Below are positions 17,990 to 26,638 of a DNA stretch of 64,000 nt, in pieces (positions within the stretch are counted from its first letter, which is position 1; every line of letters starts with the position of its first letter). The notes beneath the pieces were generated by a model. That model ran no database searches. It was given only the letters and a program-made list of their open reading frames with translations, and was not told the origin of the DNA. Origin of the DNA: Gemmatimonadota bacterium (GTDB taxonomy: Bacteria; Gemmatimonadota; Gemmatimonadetes; Gemmatimonadales; GWC2-71-9); the NCBI GenBank assembly GCA_039586365.1, contig JBDHKN010000029.1, forward strand, positions 8,128-72,127. The letters are read 5' to 3'. The translations under genes were made by a program, and so were the position numbers.

Positions 17990-18023
17990 CGGGGGTTGCA
18001 GGTTCGAGTCCTGCCGGGCCTGT
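17990..18023 (+). other. tRNA-Trp 3' fragment (att core), not an intact tRNA
   Basis: CGGGGGTTGCAGGTTCGAGTCCTGCCGGGCCTG: perfect T-arm GCAGG-TTCGAGT-CCTGC plus 3' acceptor strand; Trp identity taken from the overlapping copy at 61-89 (CCA anticodon). Confidence 0.8.
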
Positions 18024-18118
18024 GAAGCGCCGCACATCGTGCGGCGTTTTCAGCCCGGCATACTCGCTCTAACCGTCGACTCGTCCGCTGGCGCGCACTC
18101 GCCGCGGCTTGACGAGTC

Positions 18119-18137
18119 CGAGTCCTGCCGGGCCTGT
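18119..18137 (+). repeat. 19-bp direct repeat of the tRNA-Trp 3' end
   Basis: CGAGTCCTGCCGGGCCTGT identical to 18005-18023. Confidence 0.85.
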
Positions 18138-18163
18138 TTCAGAATCAGTTGCAGTACAAGCGC

Positions 18164-18757
18164 TTAGGGGGTCCAATTTCGGACCCCTTTCGTTTGACAA
18201 CGGTTGGGAGATCCAGCACACCGCTCATGAAACGCGCAGCATCGGCCTGAGCAGCCTGAGAAGGCTTCACTTAGGTCCTCCATGATCACCTCAGGCTTAT
18301 CCCCGATCCACAGGGACGCCTGAGCCGTCCCGAGCTGTTCTGCGAGCAGTGTGGCTACCGCAGGTCGGACGGCATGAAACGCTCGACCTTTGACGTGGGC
18401 TAATCCGGCCTTTCGCTCAAGCTTCTTCAGCAAGTCGTTCATCGAGTCGTAAGGCGAGTGATGAGCGGAGTTGCGCCAACAGCTGAGGACCCAAGGAGAT
18501 TCTGCGCGGCGCTGTTTGAACACCTCCCACAAAAGCTCTCTGACTGACGGCACCATCGGCACTTGACGGTCTGGTTGGCCCTTTGACCCTTTGCCTGCGA
18601 CCTGAAGGTGAGAAGGCCTGCAAGGTCCACCTCGGTTCGGTCCGGCGGCCTGAAGTAGTAGGGAGTACCGAAGTCCACGTCGGCCCACCTCAGCTCCAGG
18701 ATCTGTGAGATTCCAGAGCCGTACACCCGATTGAGGCCGATAACGAGTCGAAATCAC
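18164..18757 (-). pseudogene. tyrosine recombinase/integrase, frameshifted C-terminal catalytic remnant
   Basis: YGSGISQILELRWADVDF (box I region) in one frame; KGQPDRQVPM...KAGLAHVKGRAFHAVR (HxxR) in another; N-terminus absent. Confidence 0.8.
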
Positions 18758-18947
18758 CCCGTGTGGCAGGAGTTCGTAGGACCGAAGGGGTGGGGCGAAA
18801 GAGGGTGGGGTAGAAGCGGGGTAAGAACATGCTACATCCTGTCGTATTACCCCACCTGAGATAGGACAGAGGACACCCGAAACACCGACTGAATACTACG
18901 TTTTGTAGTGCCTGACCCATTCTCAAGAGCGAATGGAGGTTCGGAGC

Positions 18948-19129
18948 ATGGCAGGAGTCGAGGGCCGGATCGCGCTCGCCACGGGCGCAGGCCGAGGCAT
19001 CGGGCGCGTCCACCGGGCCGCGTCGCCACGCCTCAGGAGGTGGCCGAGATGATCGCTTTCTTCGCGTCGGAAGAGTCGAGCGGCGTCAGCGGCGAAGCCA
19101 TTCGCGTCGCGCTCGGGAGCGTTTGGTAG
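18948..19129 (+). pseudogene. SDR oxidoreductase with most of the gene deleted
   Basis: MAGVEGRIALATGAGRGIGR (TGxxxGIG) joined out of frame to PPGRVATPQEVAEMIAFFASEESSGVSGEAIRV*. Confidence 0.85.
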
Positions 19130-19141
19130 GCGCGCCGATCG

Positions 19142-19327
19142 CTGAGTTTCATCCTGGATTGGCTCATCTACTGCAGAATCACCCCAAGATTCATTGTCAT
19201 ACCGGGAACGGAAGGATTCGCAGGCTACAAAGACTTCGGCCACCAGTTTCGGGCCCACATTCGAGGCACAATCCTGATGGTCGCTCTCTCCCTCCTACTG
19301 GCTGGAATTGTGGTGCTCTGCAGATGA
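19142..19327 (+). pseudogene. orphan C-terminal fragment of a membrane protein
   Basis: manual translation LSFILDWLIYCRITPRFIVIPGTEGFAGYKDFGHQFRAHIRGTILMVALSLLLAGIVVLCR*; no start. Confidence 0.55.
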
Positions 19328-19334
19328 ATCCGCC

Positions 19335-19460
19335 GCCTAACCAATCGCTCCAGCTGCCAGGCCGCCCGTCGCGCGGTGGGGTCTGTGGATGGCCGACCAT
19401 AGGAAGCGTCGTGTTAACCGTCAATACTCCGGCCTGGCGGCTCAGGGATCGAACGCCAAC
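19335..19460 (+). other. degenerate integron attC-like site
   Basis: GCCTAAC 7 nt after a stop codon; arm ATCGCTC-C-AGCTGCCAGGCC pairs with GGCCTGGCGGCT-CAGGGAT (19431-19449); distal GTTRRRY missing. Confidence 0.5.
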
Positions 19461-19869
19461 AGCTTTGCCACAGACCATAGCAGAACTGCTATAAGTAGAT
19501 TAGGTCTTACGCCATGTCAGGGTCGATGATCGCACGACCCGGTGAACCGGCCGACCCCCCTGGGGGTGTCATATGGGCCCCATCAGGTACGGCTACGTTC
19601 TTCTGCGCGATACAGAATCGAGAATTGGCAGCGACGGCGTTTCCATTCAGTAGACAGTGCGATGCAGTGGCACGACGCAAGAACCCCGAGCGAGGGACTC
19701 GATTCGCGAGGAGTGTATCCTGTGAGTCGCGAAGAGATCCCATGCCGCTCGGGGCTGGAGGCGTTGGACGGCCTCCACAAGAAATATAGCGGCTTGTGCT
19801 ATGTGTTGCGGGCGAAGACGACATAAAGCCGGCGCACCGGCCCCTCGGATTAGACCAACGACGTCGGCA

Positions 19870-20112
19870 CTACCCCTTTGGCCCCATGAATTCCTGGGAG
19901 TCGGGGCAGTGACGTAAGGGCCCAAGCTCCAAGCGCACTCCGTTATGCCATCCGAAATCCCACCATGTGTCGGCATCGGCAAGTAGTTCTGTAATTCGCT
20001 CGTTGTCGCCAAGAGCCCCAACAATCACAAAATGCCAGTTGGATGTCAGATCCCCGAACGTGCCCTGCCATTCGTAACGCTCAAGCCACCATTCAGCAGC
20101 ACCCTTGGCTCG
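19870..20112 (-). pseudogene. orphan C-terminal fragment, probably of a kinase/TPR protein
   Basis: manual translation ...GALGDNERITELLADA...LELGPLRHCPDSQEFMGPKG*, resembling the LRxxPxFxExxRPKG* tail of such proteins. Confidence 0.45.
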
Positions 20113-20157
20113 CCAGGAGCTGCTGCGCCTGTTGGCGGAGGGCTCCGCAAACGCGAA

Positions 20158-20271
20158 TCAGCGCGACCCCCGGAGAATGATGCCATACCCGCCTACCACA
20201 TAGATGTTGCCCGATGAGGTGCCCCATACGCCGCTGAGAAATGTGCTCGCGCTCGTCATGCCGCCCCATAC
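20158..20271 (-). pseudogene. orphan C-terminal fragment of a WG-repeat beta-propeller protein
   Basis: manual translation VWGGMTSASTFLSGVWGTSSGNIYVVGGYGIILRGSR*. Confidence 0.55.
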
Positions 20272-20473
20272 CGGTAACGGTGGCCTAGTTCGTCTACGAG
20301 CCAAGTGGCCCGTACAAGTGCAGTTGTGGACACTCATGAAAACTGGTCTTAGCGCCGTTCACCTTCGGTAACTGCATGGTCCGTATCTGGGACAAAGGGA
20401 TTCCGCGCTCCGAACCTCTTGTGGCCCGAATGGGGTGTCGTTTGCGAGATGTGGATCAAAGAGACGAATCCAA

Positions 20474-22138
20474 TCAACGGCGAGTGGATGCTGTTGGCGG
20501 AAGTGCTCGATCGCGGATTTCCGACGCGATGCGCGCGCCGACTTCGTTCTCCTCGTCAACCACTATGTGTGCACCAGCGACATCGAGCTGCCAGCGATGC
20601 ACGTGGTAGCGCGACCTGACAACGATGATCGTGTCGGGTGCGAGCGACCGGACTTGTTGCACCACCTGCCTAGCCGCGCGCGGATCCGGCAGCGTAACGG
20701 CCACCGCCCTTGCAGTTCGAACGTGTGCGTGCTCCAGCACTTCTTCTCGCGTGGCGTCACCTAGCTGCACCGGCAAACCGTACGCATCGGCATGCGCCGC
20801 CGTGCTCCGATTCTGTTCCACCACGAGAATGGGGAGTTCAGGGTCGCCCATCAGCAACTCCGCGATCCGTTGGCCCGCCGGCCCGAAGCCGACTATCACG
20901 AGGTGGCCCCGCTGCGCTTCTCTTCGTCCCGCTCCTTCTCCTTCGAGACCCACGCCGCCCGCGGCACCCAATCCACCCACGAAACTGGCCAGGCGCGGCG
21001 CGAGCGCAGCCAGGTACGGCGTCAGAAACAGAGTGAGCATCAGAGCCGCAACAATCAGCTCGAATTGCGCCCCCGCCAGCACTTCGGCCTCGATCGCCAC
21101 TCCTGCAAGGACCAGAGAGAATTCCCCCAACTGTGCCAGCACGAGCCCTGTCGCGAGCGCCTGACCGAGCGGACTACCTAACAGGTAAACCGCTCCGGTA
21201 GTCACCGCCGTCTTGCCGATCACTACCGCTGCCACCACCGCCAGCAGCAACATCCAGTTCTGAGCGACCCACGCGGGATTACTCAGCATTCCGATGGAAC
21301 TGAAGAACAGCGTCATGAATAGCGTCTGCAGCGGAACGATGTCGGCCCTGATCTGCGTCGCAAAACGAGATTCGCCCAGCAAGACACCGGCGAGGAACGC
21401 GCCGAGCACGGGCGAGAAGCCCAGCCAGTGGGACACCCACGCAGCGCCGACCGCCGTCACTATCGCGAGCAGGATCGGCATGTCCCGGTTTCGTGCAGCG
21501 ACGCCCGTACCGAGCACCAACGGCACCACCCGGTTCAACACGACGTGGAATGCAGCAAATAGCAGTGTGGCCAATCCCAATGAACGGATCAGCGACCACC
21601 CAATCGCCACCGCCGAACCCTCCCCACCCAGCATCGCAACCAGGAGAACGAGCGGCACGACAGCGACATCCTGCAGCAGCAGCACGCCGATCGCGTTCCG
21701 CCCGTGTACTGCGTCGACCTCAGCACGTGCGGCCAGCAGGCGCACGACCGCGGCAGTACTGCTGAGCGGCACAATCGCCCCAATCGCCACGGACCCTCGC
21801 ACATCGAGTCCTGCCAGCAGACACACCAACGTCGTCAGCGCCCCGCTTCCCAATACCTGCAGCGTCCCCCCCAATCCTCCTACCTTCCCGACCGCCAGCA
21901 GTCGCCGCCATGAGAACTCCAAACCGATGCTGAACAGGAGCAGAGCCACACCCAGCTCCGCGATCGCCGTAACCGCGCTGTGACTCGGCAGTAGATCGAG
22001 CGAGTTGGGGCCCAGCAGCGTGCCGGCTAGCAGGTATCCCAGAATCGGGCTCTGACGAAACCGCTCGCACAGACCTCCCAGAACCACCGCTGCAGCAAGC
22101 AGTATCAGTATGTCGAGTAGGGCAGTCCAGAGTTGCAT
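20474..22138 (-). CDS. Kef-type (CPA2) cation:proton antiporter with TrkA-N domain
   Basis: AELGVALLLFSIGLE, LLLQD, LAQLGEFS, IVGFGPAG...GDAT; start placed at MQLWTALL. Confidence 0.92.
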   Translation of the reverse strand: MQLWTALLDILILLAAAVVLGGLCERFRQSPILGYLLAGTLLGPNSLDLLPSHSAVTAIAELGVALLLFSIGLEFSWRRLLAVGKVGGLGGTLQVLGSGALTTLVCLLAGLDVRGSVAIGAIVPLSSTAAVVRLLAARAEVDAVHGRNAIGVLLLQDVAVVPLVLLVAMLGGEGSAVAIGWSLIRSLGLATLLFAAFHVVLNRVVPLVLGTGVAARNRDMPILLAIVTAVGAAWVSHWLGFSPVLGAFLAGVLLGESRFATQIRADIVPLQTLFMTLFFSSIGMLSNPAWVAQNWMLLLAVVAAVVIGKTAVTTGAVYLLGSPLGQALATGLVLAQLGEFSLVLAGVAIEAEVLAGAQFELIVAALMLTLFLTPYLAALAPRLASFVGGLGAAGGVGLEGEGAGRREAQRGHLVIVGFGPAGQRIAELLMGDPELPILVVEQNRSTAAHADAYGLPVQLGDATREEVLEHAHVRTARAVAVTLPDPRAARQVVQQVRSLAPDTIIVVRSRYHVHRWQLDVAGAHIVVDEENEVGARIASEIRDRALPPTASTRR

Positions 22139-22370
22139 GGGTGATCGTAGATCCTGTCGCACCGATGGGAGGACAGGAAGATGTGCGGGCGGCGCTGGCT
22201 TTGCTATAGGCCGGTCATCCGGCCTTTGCAGTCGGTATTTCGCGGCTGGCGTTGCTGCTGCGTCAGCCATCGGTTCTGGATGTCGCTGCTGATATCCGCC
22301 ACTCGGCTAGTCGGTCTCTGAGCGCGACCTTATGTGGCTCCCGGGGTCAAACCCGTCCTCTACCGCCCTC

Positions 22371-22412
22371 ACTCGTCAATCGTCACTCGTCAATCGCCAC
22401 TCGTCACTCGTC
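22371..22412. repeat. heptamer tandem repeat (A[C/A]TCGTC)x6
   Basis: read directly; lies just past the stop at 22417. Confidence 0.85.
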
Positions 22413-22416
22413 ACTC

Positions 22417-22872
22417 CTAGCCTGGCAGTCCGCCTGGACCCGTGAGGTGCTGTTCGATCAGGTCGATCGGGGCGAAAAGTATGCCCATGAGATGGGTCGG
22501 TCTTCTGAGCAGGATCGTCGGAATCGACATGACTTCGCAGGTGCGCTCGGCCCGAATCGTCTGGAGCATGAACGATACCCCTAGGAACGTGGCAACTCCC
22601 AGTTGTCCGAGAGGACCCCCGAAGGCAAACACGAGCACTGCCGGGGCTAGCGCCATGAGAGCCCCGAGCCAGCGGCGCTGGCCTGAACCAAACTTGATGA
22701 CCAAGAAGTGCAAGACCGTGTAAGAGAGCGCCAATGAGGCAAATACCGCTGCAACTCTGAGATTGAAGGACGTGTCCTGGAACCGCATGGCGGTGAAGGC
22801 CATCCAACCGAGCAGCATGGCCAGCATCAGGCGCAAGGTGCGCCCGATGATGCCCGCATTCTGTGCAGCCAT
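22417..22872 (-). CDS. small membrane protein (DUF6410-like)
   Basis: IGRTLRL N-terminus, 4 TM segments, CEVMSIP and FAPID motifs. Confidence 0.6.
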   Translation of the reverse strand: MAAQNAGIIGRTLRLMLAMLLGWMAFTAMRFQDTSFNLRVAAVFASLALSYTVLHFLVIKFGSGQRRWLGALMALAPAVLVFAFGGPLGQLGVATFLGVSFMLQTIRAERTCEVMSIPTILLRRPTHLMGILFAPIDLIEQHLTGPGGLPG

Positions 22873-23159
22873 GGTGAGTGTACGATACGGTCCCCGCCAG
22901 TCATCGGCTAGATGCGCGGCACGTGACTCGTCCTTGATTGTGCCTCGGTAGCTTCTCCGACGTACGAACGGCCCCAACGTATCGCTCCACGTCGTCGATC
23001 GAGTATGACATATCCGTGCCAGGAGAGAAGAGCTGCGAGGGTTGGGAACCCGCGATCAACAGGACCAGGAACCTGCCTCTGGCGAGATCACAGCACGCAC
23101 TCGTCTGCCCGGCCACCCTCGGAGGGCGGGACTGATACGAAGAAAGCCCTCGGGCCACT

Positions 23160-23522
23160 CTAGAATTTCCAGACCTTCAACGGAGAATGGCGGGCTACTC
23201 GTGCGACATCACGGTCGGTAGTTAGCATGACCTGTATGTGATGAATGCAGAGCTGCGAGAGCAACGCATCGATTGTCCGTATTTGCACCCCTTTCCGCCG
23301 GCACGTGTTCCGAAGCGCGGCGGCCTTGACGTAGTCACCGCGATCCGGCACGAGGAACGGGAGTGCGGCAAATCGCTGGAGGATTAGGTTGCGAGCATTC
23401 GGTCCGGCAAACCCCTGCAGCGACTCCTGCAGCACCAGCCTAGTCGTGAACACGGAGCCGCCGGCTTCGAGTTGCTCTGCGAGAAGCTCTACCTCGGCAG
23501 AACGGCGCGGCGCGTCCCGCCT
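23160..23522 (-). pseudogene. PIN-domain VapC-like toxin lacking its N-terminal strand
   Basis: LQESLQG, RRKGVQIRTIDALLSQLC, LTTDRD; the leading hhDTSVW motif is missing and there is no antitoxin upstream. Confidence 0.65.
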
Positions 23523-23698
23523 GATGGTGATTCGGCCCAGGATCGGCTCAGCCCAATCCCGTTGCAGCTTCTTCCTGCTTCTCAGTCTCCAAGCGACTCG
23601 CCTTTGCGACGGTCCAAACGGGCGATAGTTTCCTCGGTTAAGTATCCGGCCCGGCATCCCCCCATGCGCAGGGCCCTGACTACTCAAAGGAGAGGGGT

Positions 23699-25234
23699 AT
23701 GGACATTAGAGGCTACTTCGTCAGGGACATACCGCGCAGGGCGTTCCTGGAAAGAGGTATCAAAGGTGGCATAGCGATCACTGCTGGACCGACCCTGATG
23801 AGCTTGCTCGAGGGGTGCGCCGGTGCGGAGACGGCCAGTGCCAAAGTTGAAGTCGATCCGGATATCCTGAACTCGACCATCGCGAGGGCGCTTTCTCAGG
23901 GAGGTGAGTTCGCCGACGTATACGTCGAAAACCGTATCTCACGGAACATTCTCATGGAGGAGTCCCGGTTCAAGAGTGCCGAGTTCGGAGTGAGCCAGGG
24001 CGCCGGCGTGAGGGTCATTTCCGGCGACAAGACCGGCTATGCCTATACCGAGGAGATCACCGAAGAGGCCCTGCAACGCGCTGCGGACGTGGCATCGTAT
24101 ATCGCACGAGGAACGCAATCAACTGAACCGGTGGCTGTCAGCGGTCGCTCCAGCCGTGAGTCCTTCGTTACTGTGCAACTCCCACTGGAGAGGATTGCAG
24201 ATAGTAGGCGACTGGAGATCATGGAGCGCGCCAACCAGGCTGCGCTCGACTACGACAGCCGCATAACCATGGCCAGCATCAACTACAGCGATGAGGTCCG
24301 CGGCCGAGTGCTGGCGAACAGTGAAGGCACTTACTTGAGCGATGAACTTCCGCTGTTCTTCTTCGTTGTGCAGACCCTCGGTGTTGAGAATGACACTCGC
24401 CATATGGGACGCGAGCGCCTGAGCCGCCACAGCGGATTCGAGATGTTCGACGAGCTCCCGCCCGAGGAAGTCGCTCGCACAGCGGCACGCGAGTCCATTG
24501 CTATGCTGGAAGCTCAGGACGCGCCGGCGGGACGGATGGATGTGGTGATGCAGAACGGTTGGGGCGGTGTGCTGGTCCACGAAGCGGTGGGACACCCACT
24601 GGAAGGGGACAATATCGCGCGGGAGATCGGTGCCTTCACCGGTAAGATGGGGCAGCAGGTAGCCAGCGACGTGTTCACCATGGTCGACGATGGCTCACTG
24701 CCCAACATGCGTGGCACGACTAACTTCGATGATGAGGGCACCCAGATGAAACGCAACGTTCTCATCGAGAACGGCGTGCTTCACAAGTACATGACCGACG
24801 TCCTGTCAGCCAAGCAACTAGGCCTGGACCGGACCGGTAACGGGCGGCGGGAGAGCTTCCGTTACTTCCCCATCCCACGCATGACCAACACGTTCATCGC
24901 GAGAGGGAGCGACGACCCCGAGGACATCGTCAGTTCCACTTCCAGCGGCTTGTACGTACAGAGCCTGAGCGGGGGCAGCGTCAACCCGATCACGGGCCAG
25001 TTCAACTTCACTTGCCGCGAGGCCTATCTCATCGAAAACGGACAGAAGACCGCCCCGGTCAAGGGCGCTACCCTGGTCGGCAGCTGCATCGACGTCATCT
25101 CCAGTATCGACGCAGTCGGCAACGATCTGGCTTTCGGCCCTGGCATCTGTGGCAAAGGGCAGGCTGCGGAGGTCTCCGTCGGGCAGCCCACAGTGAGGAT
25201 CCGCGGGATCAACGTGGGCGGGAGGCGAGCATAG
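23699..25234 (+). CDS. tldD: TldD metalloprotease with Tat/lipoprotein-like leader
   Basis: HEAVGHPLEGD, PRMTNT, CGKGQ...VGQPT; N-terminal PRRAFL...LLEGC. Confidence 0.93.
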   Translation: MDIRGYFVRDIPRRAFLERGIKGGIAITAGPTLMSLLEGCAGAETASAKVEVDPDILNSTIARALSQGGEFADVYVENRISRNILMEESRFKSAEFGVSQGAGVRVISGDKTGYAYTEEITEEALQRAADVASYIARGTQSTEPVAVSGRSSRESFVTVQLPLERIADSRRLEIMERANQAALDYDSRITMASINYSDEVRGRVLANSEGTYLSDELPLFFFVVQTLGVENDTRHMGRERLSRHSGFEMFDELPPEEVARTAARESIAMLEAQDAPAGRMDVVMQNGWGGVLVHEAVGHPLEGDNIAREIGAFTGKMGQQVASDVFTMVDDGSLPNMRGTTNFDDEGTQMKRNVLIENGVLHKYMTDVLSAKQLGLDRTGNGRRESFRYFPIPRMTNTFIARGSDDPEDIVSSTSSGLYVQSLSGGSVNPITGQFNFTCREAYLIENGQKTAPVKGATLVGSCIDVISSIDAVGNDLAFGPGICGKGQAAEVSVGQPTVRIRGINVGGRRA

Positions 25235-25235
25235 A

Positions 25236-26603
25236 ATGGAAACGCGCACCAGTCAGGGAGAACCTGTCATGCAGCACGAGAATCTACCGCGAGATCTGGT
25301 TGACAGATGCCTCAGCAAAGGCGCCGATGCCGCCGAGGTTTACCTCGAGACGGGGCGGCAACTCAGAATCGAAGTTCGGGGCGGAGAGCTGGAGACGGTC
25401 CAGGAATCGTCCTCGCACGGCGTAGGTTTGCGTGTGTTCCGGGAAGGCAAGATGGCGTTCGCTCACTGCAACGACCTGAGCGACACCTCACTCGATGCTG
25501 CCATTGCGAGCGCCGTCGATTTCGCCCGGCACATGACGGCTGACGAGCACAATGTTCTGCCAACGGACAGCGGCGCCACGGAGGTCGGAGGTCTGGTCGA
25601 TCCGTCGCTCGGTGGCATGTCGCTGGACTCCAAGATCGAGTTGATAACGGAAACCGAACAGCTGGCGATGCAGGAAAGCCGGATCACGAAGAGTGACGGT
25701 TCCCGGTACAGTGAAGCCGAAAGCGCCGTCCTGCTGGCGAATTCGCATGGCGTCTCGAAGAACTATCGGTCAACCCTCTGCTCCTTCGGCGTCTCCGTCG
25801 TGGCGGAAAAGGGTGATCAGAAGTCGTCTGGTGGCGAATCGTGCTCACGACGATTCTTCGCCGATCTCGTGACGCCGGCGGAGGTGGCAGAGGAAGCGGC
25901 CAGAAGCGCGTACGAGATGCTCGATCCGCGCATGGTGAGAACGCAGCGGGCGACAGTGGTGTTCCATCCCGATGTAGCTCGCTCATTGCTTGGAGGCATC
26001 CTCGGCGCGATAAACGGAGAGCGCGTACTACAGGGTGCGAGCTTCCTCGCAGGCAAGGTCGGCGAGAGGATCGGAGCCGATCTGCTCACGGTCATTGACG
26101 ATGGTACGAGGCCCAAAGGCCTGGCCAGCAGCCCGTTTGACGGCGAGGGTGTTCCCACTCAGCGACGGACTATCATCGACGGTGGCGTGCTGCACGGCTT
26201 CATGTACAACACGATGGTCGCTTCACGAGCGGGTGTGGAGAGTACCGGCAACGCTTCCCGGGGCGGTTTCACGCGCCTGCCCGGTATCGGTCCCCACAAC
26301 TTCTACATGGAGGCTGGTGGGGCTGACCCACAGGACATAATTGATACTACGTCGAACGGCCTCTACCTCAGGGGTGTCACTGGCTACGGCATCAACCCGG
26401 TGAGTGGCAACTTCAGCGGTGGCGCTCAGGGATTCTGGATCCGGAACGGGAGAATCACGTTCCCGGTCAGGGGACTGACAATCGCAGCCACGGCTGAGGA
26501 GATGCTGCACGGCATCGACATGGTAGGGAACGATCTCGATCTGAACCGATCGATGACTGCTCCGACTTTCCGTATCAGCTCAATGCAGATCGGAGGTGAG
26601 TGA
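25236..26603 (+). CDS. pmbA: PmbA/TldE protease partner
   Basis: PFDGEG, STGNA, NPVSGNFS; no HExxH; follows tldD (start may be 25269). Confidence 0.9.
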   Translation: METRTSQGEPVMQHENLPRDLVDRCLSKGADAAEVYLETGRQLRIEVRGGELETVQESSSHGVGLRVFREGKMAFAHCNDLSDTSLDAAIASAVDFARHMTADEHNVLPTDSGATEVGGLVDPSLGGMSLDSKIELITETEQLAMQESRITKSDGSRYSEAESAVLLANSHGVSKNYRSTLCSFGVSVVAEKGDQKSSGGESCSRRFFADLVTPAEVAEEAARSAYEMLDPRMVRTQRATVVFHPDVARSLLGGILGAINGERVLQGASFLAGKVGERIGADLLTVIDDGTRPKGLASSPFDGEGVPTQRRTIIDGGVLHGFMYNTMVASRAGVESTGNASRGGFTRLPGIGPHNFYMEAGGADPQDIIDTTSNGLYLRGVTGYGINPVSGNFSGGAQGFWIRNGRITFPVRGLTIAATAEEMLHGIDMVGNDLDLNRSMTAPTFRISSMQIGGE

Positions 26604-26638
26604 ACACTGGTCTTGACCCCGTGGTAAGCAAGGGCTGC

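Noticed and set aside
18164..18757. Integron integrase IntI
   Set aside because: No IntI-specific insertion or motifs recognisable; it looks like a generic phage-type tyrosine recombinase remnant.
19542..19826. Possible transposase/integrase C-terminal remnant (IPCRSGLEALDGLHKKY)
   Set aside because: The resemblance is too short to support without a search.
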